DNA from: Callorhinchus milii
Taxonomy: Eukaryota
DNA: 64,000 nt
Assembly (NCBI RefSeq): GCF_018977255.1
Contig: NW_024704742.1
Span: 22,632,001-22,696,000, forward strand
Direction: 5' to 3'
Shown here: positions 36,861 to 49,868 of the stretch, in pieces
How the letters are laid out: each line of letters begins with the position of its first letter
Position numbering within the stretch: position 1 is the first letter of the stretch
Made by a program: the position numbers and the translations under genes
The notes under the pieces: model-generated
The model's database searches: none
The model's input: the letters and a program-made list of their open reading frames with translations, nothing else
Told to the model about the DNA's origin: nothing

Positions 36861-39239
36861 TCTTATCTCCACAATTCAGTCAGTAGTGCTTGGACGTAAT
36901 AAAAGTGACACTTGGTCACAGACGTGGCCACAGATGTTGGTTACAATGTTGTTTAGCAATGTTGACTGTGACTAAAACCAACGTTATGGTTGTAATTGAT
37001 TTAATTCTTTGATCGGTGCTGTCAAATGTGGGATATGTGGCAATGGCGCGAAGTATAGAGTATTGTAATAGCAATTTTCAATGGACCGTCAATGATCCAG
37101 TTATATTAAGCTATAGAGGAGTGTATATGTGATTTTCCTTTGAGTAACTTTTACTGTGGTTGTTGAAGTGGTATTTCATGATGAAGTCACTGAGTGTGAA
37201 GCCAAATCTCCAAGTTTTTTTTTTCCCGCCCAATGATGCTGTTGTGTAGAACAGATTACTGCGCACAGCTGTGGTATATATACACAAGGGACTTACTTGA
37301 AGAAATAAGTCAATCAGTCCCTTGTGATAACATTCCTTTGCTTTCCAGGACTACTTGTCAGAATCTGCTCAGTTAATACCGTACTTTCTGAGAAATGTGT
37401 GCAGCATTTGTAGCGTTGTATTTATCTGGCCTGGCAAGCTGTATGGCATTGGCTTGTGGATTCTCTTGTTGTGTAAGGTTATATATAGCACAGCAGATTT
37501 TTAATTGACGCATATTGTGTGTTGAAGCCTTTTCACATTCATGTCTGAAATTAAAACGTGACATATATTGTACCTTTCTTCACTGACTTCTAAATTCCAC
37601 TATATGCTAATACTTCAAGCCGAGAATTATAGAAGGGATGTTTGACGGCAATTGCTCTTAAAAACTTTCAAGTGACTTTTGTGAACTTCGCTCTATTTCC
37701 GCGTTTGGCCCGTAAAATATACAGTCAATTCACTTTACAGTATATTCTGTGAAGCACTTTGAGACGTCTTGAAGGCGTCATAAGGCACTGTAATAAATGC
37801 ACGGATTATTATTATCATTATTATTGCATGTAACAATTAACTAGTCAGCCTTTGTGAGTTGAGGCAGTGCTGGTTATCTGACCAAATGTGGTTGGACCTG
37901 TAGCTGGACCCTTGCCGTTCCATTGCGTGATTTCACCATGTTTCAGTTGTCTTTTTATTTTAAATACAGCGAAAGCTGCACGCTGTATCACGTATAGAGT
38001 TAATGGAGAGAAAAGGATGAGCCATTTCTAATGTTTTCCCTAACTGTTAGTCTTAGTGATCCAAGAGTTGCTGAAGAGCACACGTCCTGTTTGGTGATGC
38101 GCCTATAAGCATTGCACGATCAACCTTAGGAACTTCAGCTGTTCCAACTATTTCCTTCTCCCATAGCCGCAGGAGGGTGTGTCTGAAGTATGGACCGGGG
38201 TTCCGGGCCAGGTGTTCTCGGGTCACCTTGTCATTGTAGTTTCACCAAAGTCGAACAATTGAATTTGTTGGACACAAGCTGAGCTGTTCTGTTTCCACAG
38301 AGTGCAGTTGAAAATGTAGATTGGAAAAATTGTACAACAGCAAGGTAACTTTTAAGAGGATGCATGTTTTGAACCCTGATCAATAGTGTTGTGGAGGAAT
38401 GCTGTTGTATGAGTGGTAGTGGAGGGGAGAGGGTTGAGCTTTGGCTGCTGCTGCTGCTCCAATGTGACTAGGTTATTCTGGAGCTTGTGCTCCTGGGAAC
38501 TAATAGAGGATTTATATTAGCTGCAAGAAGTCTTTAGATAAGATTTACGGTTTTAAAATGGTTTGCTTATGCACAGGGATAACTGGGAATGTTTTACATG
38601 CAGCTGCAAGACAGACGTTCCCAATGACTCAATGCCTGACCCAGAATGGATTGCCTGAGGAGCAAGTGATGGCATCCACTCTCAGGTTACAGTGTAGTAT
38701 ACTACAAGCCAGATTCCTCTTAACACTCAGTCACACATGATGCACAACACTTGGCAGAAGATTTCTTTCGCAATCCAACTTGTATTTTTTTTAAAAGTGG
38801 GCGTGAGAGGAGTTCCCGTTTTAAAACAAGATAACCTTAATGTCAAAAGCAAGCAATATTTACCAGTGTTACAATCCTCCAGACAGCAATTTTTTGCTGG
38901 GCCTCACATGAGGGGTTGTGCACAATCTGTGGAATCCTGTACTACAGTGTTGTTTTTGAGATTTGAGTCAATGCTGCTTTTGGGCTTTTGTCACAGTTGA
39001 ATACAGCAAAAACAACCAGTTGTATTTATATAGTGCCCTTTGTATAGGATATTGCCTGTGAGCGTTTTATAATGATGGGGTCAGATGATGATGAGCAGGG
39101 GGGAAAGGGGGGGGTGACCTGTCTAAGATCGAAGAGGTAGGTTTTAAGAAGGGTCGAGATGGAGGGAGGGAGTTCAAGAGGTTAGGGGGTTAGAATCTGA
39201 AAGCTTGGCCTCCGGTTTTCAGAGGGCAGGTTAGTGCAC

Positions 39240-39540
39240 ACGCCTGGCTCAGTGTTAGCACTCTCACCTCTTGAATCCAAAGGTTGTGGGGTCAAGCCCC
39301 ACGGTGGGACTTGGAATCACATAGTCTAAAATAACACTCCAGTGCAGTGCTGGGGGGTGTTACATTGTTGTTGGAGGTGGAGCCAACAATCCCCCCCAAT
39401 AAAATTGGTCATTCACTCCATGGCTGTTTGTGGGATACTGCTGTGTGCAAAACTGGAGGCCTCGTTTTACACACAAAATGCACTTCATATCCATGTCAAT
39501 TCACTCCATATCCTGTGAAGTATTTTTAGACGTCTTGACA
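39240..39540 (+). mobile_element. Deu-type SINE with internal deletion
   Basis: Head ggctcagtgttagcactctc...gggtcaagcccc, acactccagtgcag, then the shared 3' half. Confidence 0.65.
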
Positions 39541-39774
39541 AAGTGATTTGTGAGCTGGGAAAACCGGGAATGAAACAATTCAAAATGGAGTTGGTGGGGA
39601 GTGACGGAGGGAGGAAGGTGGAGATGTTTTTTTCTTCCAGATGACTCAACTGCAGTTTTAGGTGGTTAAACTCCAGAAGTACTCCAACCCATACTCTGGT
39701 GTCATAAAAGTAAAACCAACCACTCTAGTTTCTTAAAGCACACTGTATGTTTTCAGAATACATCAATATCACAG

Positions 39775-40127
39775 ATAATAATAATAATACTTGCATTTGA
39801 TACAGCTCCTTATCACGTCTTTGAGATTTCTCACAGCTCTTCACAGAATATACTGTAAAGTAAATTAACTGTATATTTTGTGAGTGAAACACAGTAGCTA
39901 GTTGTCCGCAGCAGTGTCCCACAAACAGCTGTTGATTGAGTGACCAGTTTATTATTTTTTGAAGGAATTGTTATTCCCTGAAAAGTGATCTGCCAGTCGA
40001 CTAACAACCAGGTTCCTACTTACTGATAGGTAAGCAGAGGTGTGTGGAGTAAGAAAACTTGCCGGGATTCGAACCCAGATCTCTCACTTGGGAGGCGTGT
40101 GCTCTAGTCACTGAGCTACAGGACTCC
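39775..40127 (-). mobile_element. tRNA-Ala-headed SINE, long subfamily
   Basis: Reverse-complement copy including the long-form internal segment (ggttcctacttactgataggtaagcagagg). Confidence 0.82.
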
Positions 40128-40594
40128 ACAGATGTGGCATTAATACTGTGCTCAATGTATGTTGAAATGATTATTCCTCTGAATGCTATAGAACTATCAA
40201 CATTTACACCTCGAAGAAAACATTCAGTTCATCCTGTCTGTGCTGGCCCATTTACCCGTGCAGATTATTCAGTTTTTAGTTATCTTTCTGGTTCCCTTTG
40301 AAAGCTATTCTGGATTGTGCCCACAACTGTTAAAGGAAATACAGTATCATGTCACAACTTGTCAAGAATCTATTTTAATTTTGCTGTGATTTAATTACTG
40401 TTTAAATTATTGAAGGTCGAGAAACGTATTTGAACATGCTCTTGGGTACTTTGACAATTAAACAGCCATTGAATACAGGGGAAGAAACTAGTTAAGCCTT
40501 TAATGACTATGTGCATTCAACTTCCTTCAATTTATCCTGTGAATGTGAATAAGCCCTTTAAGGTGGTTGTGAAGATTAGTCCAGATCACCACAT

Positions 40595-41224
40595 CACGTG
40601 TCCCTCATGACCCACCCCCCACCATTCCCCCCCTATACTCCTTCGACCCTATCTCTTCCTCCTCCCTCACCGCCATCGTTCGCAAACTCAAACCCACCAC
40701 CTGCTCCCTCGATCCCATCCCCACCTCTCTCCTCATCTCCCAGCTCCACCTTCTGGCCCCTCTCCGGTCTAACGTCATCAACCTCTCCTTGTCCACTGAT
40801 TCAGTCCCAACCCCCTAAAAATAGCCGTCATCACCCCCATCCTGAATAAACCTTCTCTGGACCCATCCCTCCTCTCCAGCTACCATCCCATCTCTAACCT
40901 CCCATTCCTCTCCAAGGTCCTGGAACGAGTCGTCGAGTCCTTTCTTTCTTGCCATTCCCTCTTTGAACCCCTCCAATCCGGCTTCCGCGCTGCCTACAGC
41001 ACGGAAACAGCCCTAGTCAAAGTCACTAATAACGTTCTGAACATCTGTGATCCTTGTCCTCCTCGACCTCTCTGCTGCCTTCGACACCGTTGACCCTCCA
41101 TCCTGATACACCGCCTCTCCTCTTAATCTTCGCGGACCTGCCCTTGCCTGGATCGAATCCTAGCTGTCTCACCATCTCCACTTTGTTGCCTCCAACGGTT
41201 TCTCCTCCAGTCCCCACACTGTCA
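40595..41224 (+). mobile_element. L2 ORF2 internal fragment
   Basis: Collinear with 11310-11972 (aaacccaccacctgctccctcgatcccatccc...). Confidence 0.88.
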
Positions 41225-42070
41225 CGTATAGTGCCTTTCATGTCAGGAAGACATCCCAAGGCGCTGGACAGTGTACCGCATTTCAGACCCAAGCTGGGGT
41301 CATGGAGGAAGAAGGGAGAGGAAGGGAAGGGCGGTGACCGATGGCATGGTCCAAGAGGAGGGTTTTGAGGTGGGACTTGAAGGAGGCTAAGGAGGGGGAG
41401 AGGCAGAGTGATTGGGGGATGGAGTTCCAGAGGTTGGGGGCAGAGTGGCTGAAGGCTCTCCCTCTAATGGTGGGGCGGGTGGGTCGCGGATGTGGATCAG
41501 GCTGGAACCGGCTGAGCGGAGGGAGTGGGCGGGTTGGTAGGGGTTTAGGAGGTCGCAGAGGTAAGGTGGGGCGAGGCCATGGAAGGCTTTGTAGGTGAGG
41601 ACCAGGATCTTGAACTGGATCCTCTGAAGGATAGGGAGCCAATGGAGTCGGGTGAGAATGGGGGAAATGGGGTCATGGAGTTTGGTGCGGGAGAGGACAC
41701 AGGCTGCAGAGTTCTGGATTATCTGCAGCCTGTGGAGGGAGGAGTTGGGAAGGCTGAGAAGCAGGGAGTTTGCGTTTGCATAGTTGAGCCTGGAGGTGAT
41801 GAAGGCATGAACAAGAGTTTCAGTGGCCTGAGGGGTGAGGTAGTGGTGGAGTCAGGCGATGTTACGGAAGTGAGGGAAGACAGAGCGGGTCATGGCTTGG
41901 ATACGGGGAAGAAAAGATAGTTGAGGGTCGAACAAGACACCGAGGTTCCTGACTGGCGGTGAGTTGAAGTGTGCAACCATGGAGGTTGATGCGGCCAGAG
42001 CCTGAGGTGCAGAGACGCTGGCGCGAGTCAATCAGGAGGGCCTCAGTCTTCACATTCAACTATAGGAAAT
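41225..42070 (-). mobile_element. L2 3' end, inverted relative to the adjoining fragment
   Basis: Reverse complement of L2 from tttcctatagttgaatgtgaa through the tail; the tail abuts 41224. Confidence 0.88.
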
Positions 42071-43060
42071 CCAGAAGCATGTGAGATATTGTCCTGGGAT
42101 TTACATATGCCTGAGTTGAGTCCAAATGAGCACAACTGTTGGCATCCTGACTTAGTTGGTAGCTCTCACACTGAATCTGAGGTTGTGTGTAGTGTGCCTC
42201 TAGTTTGTAGATGAGATTGTCTTCAGACAGACAGCTGATGAGATGAGGAGAATCTCCCTCCTGAAAGATATCAAGATCTCTGTACCCAGATAAATCATGA
42301 TTGCAGAACAAACAAAATGTTCTTAAATTGTAATAAAATATAATCTGCGCCCATAAAAAGGAACTTACAATGCACCTTACAGTATATTCTGTGAAGTACT
42401 TTGGGACTTCTAGGAGATGTGATAAGGTGCTATATCAAATGCAAGGATTATTATCACTGTACATCCCAGGCTTTGAATGGGTTGCTCCAGTCGGTTTGAA
42501 TTCCCAAACTGTCGAGAACAACAAGCACATACCTTGGGCAGCAGAAAACGGACTGACTAGCTCCTCATAAAGGTGTTATTCAATGTGATTTTGTTTACAC
42601 TCCCAAAGATGTGCGGAATTGGCTGCCGCGTTTGCCCACAAATATACAGTCAATTCACTTTACAGTCCTCCAGACGTGAAAAGCGCTATATCAAATGCAA
42701 GGATTATTATTATTATTATTTGGGATCATTGAACCATGGTCTTTCTGATGATCTTTTGTAAAGTGCCTAAAAACACAAAATCACTTCATTGATTTTGCAT
42801 TTTGACATACAACAAAAACAACTTTCATTTATATAGCGTCTCATAATATCGATGTCTCAAAGCGCATCACAGGATGTACTGTAAAGTGATTTGACTGTGT
42901 GTATTGTGAGGTTGAACAATAGCTTGCCAGGAAAGGTGGTTGAGAACAGGATGCTGAACTCATTTTATTTATAAAAAAGAAATCTTGATGTTGCAATCGG
43001 AAGGTGGGTAGTCTAGAAAGCCTGAAGGCTGTCCAAAATACCCACCTTCCTATTGCAAGT

Positions 43061-43376
43061 GGAGTCCTGTAGCTCAGTGGTTAGAGCACTCGCTTTGCAA
43101 GCGAGAGACCTGAGTTCAATTCCAGGCACAGGGCGAAACCTTGGGCAAGTTTCCTTACCCCACACAGAGCCTAATAATAATCCCTCCAAAAAACAAAAAA
43201 AACAATAATTAAATTGGTCATTTTCAATCTATGACTGTTTGTGGGACATTGCTGTGCGCAATTGGCTGCCGCGTTCGCCCACAAATATACAGTCAACTCA
43301 CTTTACAGTATATTCTGTGAAGCGCTTTGGGATGTCCTCCCGACGTGAAAAGCACTATATCAAATGCAAGGATTAA
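43061..43376 (+). mobile_element. tRNA-Ala-headed SINE, short (young) subfamily
   Basis: Closely similar to the 22941 copy. Confidence 0.9.
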
Positions 43377-43789
43377 TTAACTTCATTCTTTATCTGAGCT
43401 TCTCTTGCACAACTTTTCTTTACTCAGTTACAATTCAGGTATTTAAGTCTTTACCTCTCTGTATGTGTAGTCACACAAGTTCTGTACTGTTTCTGGTCAA
43501 AGACGCAAGTATTGAACCATCTACCACCGCACACTTGCATTTGCTGCACAGCCATTTGCCCCGTGTTTTACATTAATTAACCCAACATCATCGGTTGATT
43601 TGCATCGACCGGTTTTCACTTTATGCTCCAGCTGTAGTCCAAATGGCTCTTAAGTACACAAGCTCCCCATTTCCTCAAAAACAATGCTTAAAAAAGCCAA
43701 ATGGATGGATTTTTTAAAAACTATGTGTATTGATGAATTGATGGGAATTTTTAAAAAAGAATGATTCATATCACATTTTTCTCAGGTAA

Positions 43790-44405
43790 ATTAGCTGCCT
43801 GCTCTTTTACGTTTTACTCCTCTAAAGTGCTCCTCAAGGGTCTCTCCAGCTCCAAACTACAACTGATTCAGAACTCGGCCGTACATATTCTAACCCACAC
43901 TAATCTCCGGATCCCCATCACACCAGCCCTCGCCAAGCTCCACTGGCTCCCTATCACGCCTTGGGACGTCCTCCTGACGTGAAAGGCGCTTTATAAATGG
44001 AATCTTGTTGTTGTTGTTGTTGTATCACAGAATGGATCAATTTTAAGATCCTCTCAGTCATCTACAAATCCCTTCACACTTATCCAACTCCCTACCTTTC
44101 TGACCTGCTTTCTCCCCACTCCATTACCCACTGCCTCCTCTCACCTGGCTCTGGTCTCCTACTTGTCCCTCGTCCCCTCCCCTCCACTAATGGTGGCTGT
44201 GCTTTCAGCTACCATGCCACAAAGCATTGGAACGCTCTCCCCCAATCCCTTCGCCTTGCCCCCTACATCCCCTCTTTTAGATCACGACTGAAGACCTTCG
44301 TCTTCGACCGTGCTGACGGCCTCCTCCCTCCCCCGGCTCAGTGTCAAGGCTCTGCCACTGTTAAGCACTCCGATGAAGGGTGCTATATGAATACAAGTTG
44401 TAGTT
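43790..44405 (+). mobile_element. Old L2 3' fragment carrying a nested 65-bp L2 tail insertion
   Basis: KLQLIQNSA...PITPALAKLHWLPI-[insert]-TEWINFKIL. Confidence 0.85.
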
Positions 44406-45263
44406 ACATAGTTACTTAGCTGATAGCAATTGTCGGGAGACTCTTGGGAAGAAATTTCAACTGGCTCTAGAGTTACTCTTATTCACATAGCATTTTGGAG
44501 CACCCAGAATTTTAGCAAGTTGTTGAATTCAGTTTCAAACTTCAAACTGGTTTTCTGTAGTTAATTTATTTGAAAAAAGACACTAATAATAATAATAATA
44601 TTAATCCTTGCCTTTTAATATGACACCTTGTCATGTCTTCTAGACATCTCAAAGGGCTTCACAGCATATACTGTGAAGTGAATTGACTATGTTTTGTGGG
44701 TGAAAAACCTATGGAAAACAAGCTTTACACTTAGACGAGTTTAAGAATTTGCCTAATTCTGGATCCTCTGAAATGCTTTGTTAATAGAGGAAATCTGGAC
44801 CCAGTTGGAACTTCATCCCACACATGTTGACTCATGCGCATTTTGCAGTTAAAAGCATTCAGAAGCTCCAAAAAATGTCCTTAGTTTTTCAGCCCAAGGG
44901 CTGCCATAGACAACCATTCAGCTGTTGATGGAACTCTTTTTGGTCCCGAGGTCTGAAACAATGGGGTGGGGGTGGAAACGATTTAAAAATTGTAACAGGG
45001 TCTTCCGGTGGTGTTGTTTTAATAGGAATTAGGCTTTATAATAGGCCCTTGATATAACACCTTTCACATCAGGAGGATATCTGAAAGCGCTTCACAGGAT
45101 TTACCATACCATAAAGTGTAATGACTGTATTTTGTAGGCGAATATGACACATTATTGTCGCACAAACAGCCATGAAGTGAATGGCCCAATTTATTTTATC
45201 TACTGCCTGCCTCTGATTGTAGTAACTAACTCTCCATTGTTTCCTTATCTTTGTCCCTTTCAG

Positions 45264-45359
45264 AACTCACTGCGGCGCAGAGGAAGTTCTCTCACTCTCT
45301 GGCGGAGTTCTCCTTTGAATTTATTGGGGATGCGGAGACCGACGACGAGCGATCTATTG
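45264..45359 (+). CDS. ARHGAP10: ARHGAP10 coding exon 2
   Basis: Acceptor ttgtccctttcag|, donor G|GTAAGT, 96 nt. In frame with exon 1: (Q)LTAAQRKFSHSLAEFSFEFIGDAETDDERSI(D). Confidence 0.95.
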
Positions 45360-46289
45360 GTAAGTGCGTCTCATCACTTTTAACCTGAAATGAACTCTCC
45401 TTTGTAGAACCTGCAGTTCAAAACCTACTTCAACTGAGCCTATGGTCACTCTTTTCCCCCCACTCTTCTTCGCTCAGCGTCCAACATCACCACTGTACCC
45501 CTCCACATCCCGATCAGCAGCGGTGCCCTCAGCCCCAAAGCCCCTAATCTCTGGAACTCCCTGCCTCAATCTATCTGTCTATAGTTTTCCATTATGTTCT
45601 GTGAAAACTTTTCTGGACTGTGTAACAGGCAAATGCATCTCCTGTCGCAGAAGGTGCATGTATGTCAGTCCTCTAGATGGTGAAGGAATGTGCCTGCACT
45701 GTTTAATGTAATTTCTTTCAAATAAAAAAGGAGTACTCGGCAGCTGATCTATAATGCATCATAATAAAAGGTTACTATTGCATCACGGAGGAAATGGTGG
45801 TAATCTTACTAGGCATCAAATCAGACTCTTAAATAACATGGAATGTTGTATCTGAATGTGTCCATTAGAGTGGTGATAATTTTATTTTGCTCTGTATTTT
45901 AACAGGTTCCACTGAATAATCTGTAAACTACTTCCAGTTGTTCATCATTCTTAGCTATGATTGAGCAGAGCTGCTAATAGTTCAGAAATTCCTTGGTTCT
46001 GCGGAGACTATAATATTCCTTGCATTTGATAATAAGCCTTCCATTTGATATAGCACCTTATTGTCTCTTTAAGACGTCTCAAAACACTTCTTCTTCAAAC
46101 CAGTTGAAGAAGAAGATAACGCTTTCTCTTCTTCCTCTGCACTCTCCCCTCAGGCAGGAGTTGGCAGAAATTCAAATACGTTTGTAACCCAAAATCCACT
46201 AAACACCAAATATAGCCCAATATTATGTGTTGCCTTTTATGGGGTAGCAATGTGGCCAAGTTAGGTCAGTGCTTTTGAAACTGTAACAA

Positions 46290-46735
46290 AATAATAATAA
46301 TCTTTGCATTTGATATAGCGTCTTGTCACGTCTTCAAGACATCTCAAAGCACTTCACAGAATATACTGTAAAGTGAATTGACTGTATATTTCGTGGGCGA
46401 AACACGACAGCCAATTGCATACAGCAGTGTCCCACAAACAGCCGTGGAATTCAGTGACCTTATTATTTTTATAATTTTTTTTGAAGGGATTATTACTCCC
46501 AGAAAAGTGATCTGCCAGTCGCCTAACAATCTACTTACTGCTAGGTTAAACAGAGGCGTGTTGCGTAAGGAAACTTGCCCTGGCCAGGAATCGAACCTAG
46601 GTACTCTTGCTTGCGAGGCGAGTGCTTCATTTGCTCCGAGTTTGAAGAAGTATTTTGAGACGTCTTAAAGACATGATAAAGCGCTATATCAAATGGAAGG
46701 CTTATTATCAAATGCAAGTACTGAGCTACAGGACT
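46290..46735 (-). mobile_element. tRNA-Ala-headed SINE, long subfamily, head disrupted by a ~90-bp insert
   Basis: Reverse-complement SINE whose head is split gcgagtgct[insert]actgagctacaggact. Confidence 0.85.
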
Positions 46736-49404
46736 ATTCTGAGGAAACCTCCACAGAGACTGGGATGAGTGATAATTGACACTTCACAGGAAACCCATTG
46801 GTCGCCCTACATCGTTCGTCAGTAAAATGTTAAATTTAAACGTGGTTGAGCAACTCTGGGGCAGGAAGAGATCCCTGGCCAGCCAACCAAATATTTATTC
46901 TTTTTGTTATAGCTATCTGATTACCACTTGAATTTGCTGATGCAATCTGTGTCCCTGAATAGCTTCTTCCATGTATTTGCCAATCTCTGGGAAAAGTTTC
47001 AAAGGTTGAGTTTATGAATCATTTTGCTTTTCAGTAAAACAGGCTACTTTTAAGCTAGTTCTTAGACTGCGCCACGCAGGTCTGTCTAAATTCATGTCTG
47101 TAAAGCGTGCCTACAACCAATATTCTGCTTGAGTTCTGATCTAACTGCAGATTATTCGTAGCAGAATTCTTCCTGTTTGCAATTTCATCGACAGCGTGGA
47201 CAACGGTTTTAACTTGCGCCCTGAGATACTGAAAGAATACTCGTCTTGCAGTAACAAAGTCACTTGGAATAATATTTATTGTCGCCGAGGCATGCAGACT
47301 GTCACATTACTAAAGCAGTGAGTGTTGTGAGTAGGCCTTCTTTCACATCTCCTCCCACAGAGATAGGAGGCTGGCGGTGAGTTGAGGGGAAGGGAGGTAG
47401 CTGAAGGCACAATCAAAGAGATGGATCATCATATATTTTGATAGCAGAGAGGGAAGGGGTGATCCGGAGGATTTTTTGAAGATATTTCCAGAGGGTGGAA
47501 GGCAAAGTGGCTGAAAGCTCACCCATCAGTGGTGGGGCTGAACAGGCCAGTGGCATGGAACAGGCCAGAAAGATAGACCTTTACAAGAGATAGAACGTCA
47601 GTCCCATCCTCCAATTAGGACTCAGATTTTCCTGGCCTGAGGTTACTTAAATCAGTAAACTTAAAACAACTTTCCCATCTTTACCCCTGAAAATACCGAA
47701 GTGGCTTTTCAACAAATTGAAGTTTTTTTTAATATAATCCCCAGATAAAATTGGTCATTCAATTCATTGCTGTTTGTGGAACATGGTTGTGTACAAATTG
47801 GCTGCTGGGTTTGTCCACAAAATACAATCGCTGCACTTCACAGTAAAATCCTTGATGTCTTGATACAGCATGATATTGAATGCAAGGATTATTATTGTTG
47901 TTATTACTGAAGACATTACCTGTATTTTCAATTAAGATTAAAATATATATTTTTTCAATTTGCTCTGAAATTGTATGGAATGCTTAATAATAATACTTTT
48001 ATTTGGTATAGCATCTTATCACGTCGTCGAGACGTTTCAAAGCGCTTCATGGAACGTACTGTAAAGTGAAGTGACTTTGAATTTTGTGTGCCAGATTGCT
48101 GGAGGAAGGGACACTTATTCTTCATGACATTTTCTGACTCCTTGAATTTCAGATCCAAGCGCACACAACTACTCTATAAAGGTTTTTAAAATCACAAGTT
48201 TGCCAGCTCATTTATATGGGGGTTTAAGTGTACAATGGACATTGTTTTGCCTTGCATAATTTTAAAGTTTGTATCTCAGTTATTGTCCCTGTCGTGACTG
48301 TCCTACAGAAATAAGATCTAAATCTCTTTTGAAGAAGTCCTTGTCTGACAGTCATACTGAGATTGAAATATCGCTCGACCCTCAAACAGACTAATTACAG
48401 CGTGAACAGTTTGAGTTCTGGAAAAAGCACCCCGGGATGTGAAGTGTATCTGGTGCAGGTAACCAGCCTCCTGTATATGATGCTGTCCTACGATCTCTGA
48501 CACGGACTCTTGTCACCTTGGGCCCGAGTTCGCCTCAGTTGAAGTGAAGGATGGTGGGTTCCCTGCATCAGATGGACACTTGCGTCTCGAGGGCCTTTTT
48601 CCCCGCTCCTGTTTTGTTTAAGCTGCAGTTTTCTGCTTCAAGCAGTTTTGCCAAGCCACCTTGCAATCCTGTCACATACCAGCACCTCCTTACCTTTCCG
48701 ACCTGCTTTCTCCCACTCCACTACCTGTTGCTTCTGCTCGGCAGGTTCTGGCCTACTGCTTGTCCCTCATACCCTTCCCTCCACCATCGGTGGCCACTGT
48801 ATCTTGAAGCATCGGAACTCACCCTCATTCCCTCCGTTTTGCCCCCTCCTTCCCATTTTAGATCACGATTGAAGTCTCCCATTTCGACCGAGCTTACCAT
48901 TGCCTCCTCCCTCCTTACCCCCCAGTGCCATTGGCTTACACAGGGGGAAAGGAGAGGGCTGTGCACTCCACAGTCGAGATAAGGTAGACAGAAGTAAGCA
49001 CTTCAAATCTGCGTTTCAAAACTACTGATCTCTGCTCTGGCTACATTGCTTTATCGATAAGATCACAAATTTAAGATGGTCTTTGCCCTAGTTCTCATTT
49101 CAACTCTATTTGCCACAAAGGCTTGCTGTCTAACATGTTCCTTGTACAGCTGAAAAGTCTTAACTTTGCAAATTCCTCTGCATGGTGTGACTTGCAAACC
49201 CAGAATTAACACAGTGTGTGGGCGTCGGAGTAAATTTGTCTCATTCTTCATTTCTCAATGTTTCCCCCCCCCCCTGCAATCCAATCCGAGGGGGCAGGGC
49301 ATGATTACCTGAAAGCACAGTTGCTGAGGCGGGGTGGGGGTGGGGGGAGTGTGTGTGGGGTGGGGAGGGGAGGAATGATTTTGCCCAAGCACTGCACTAC
49401 TATT

Positions 49405-49868
49405 GTCAATTCATTGCCTCCACCCTTGCCCGGCTCCACTGGCTTCCCATCCCTCAGAGGATAGAATTCAAAATCCTCATCCTCCCTTTCAAGGCCGTCC
49501 CTGACCTTGCCGCCTCCTACATCTCTGACCTGCTCAACCTGTCCGCCCCCTCCGTTCAGCAGCCTGCTCCATGTCTACCGCCCGACCTGCCCTACCATCG
49601 GCGGCCGGGCTTTCAGCCTCTCTGCTCCTACTCTTTGAAACTCCATCCCACAATCCCTTCTCCTTACTCCCTCTCCTGCCTCATTCAAGGCACAACTCAA
49701 GACACTTCTTTTCGACCGTGCCTTCAGCCGCCCTCCTACCTCTCTTCCCTCCCTCATCCCAACCCTGCCCCCCCACGCTCGGGTCCTGAACCGTGAATGT
49801 TCAGCACCTCGGGATGTCCTCTCGATGTGAAAGGTGCTTTACAAATGTCATTTTGTTGTTGTTGTTGT
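49405..49868 (+). mobile_element. L2 3' end
   Basis: TLARLHWLPIPQRIEFKILIL; tail ...gtgaaaggtgctttacaaatg..(ttg)n. Confidence 0.85.

Noticed and set aside
43061..43130. tRNA-Ala gene (also 22247, 22941, 32503, 34310-34380)
   Set aside because: No proper 3' acceptor strand, and each runs directly into a SINE body and tail; these are SINE heads.
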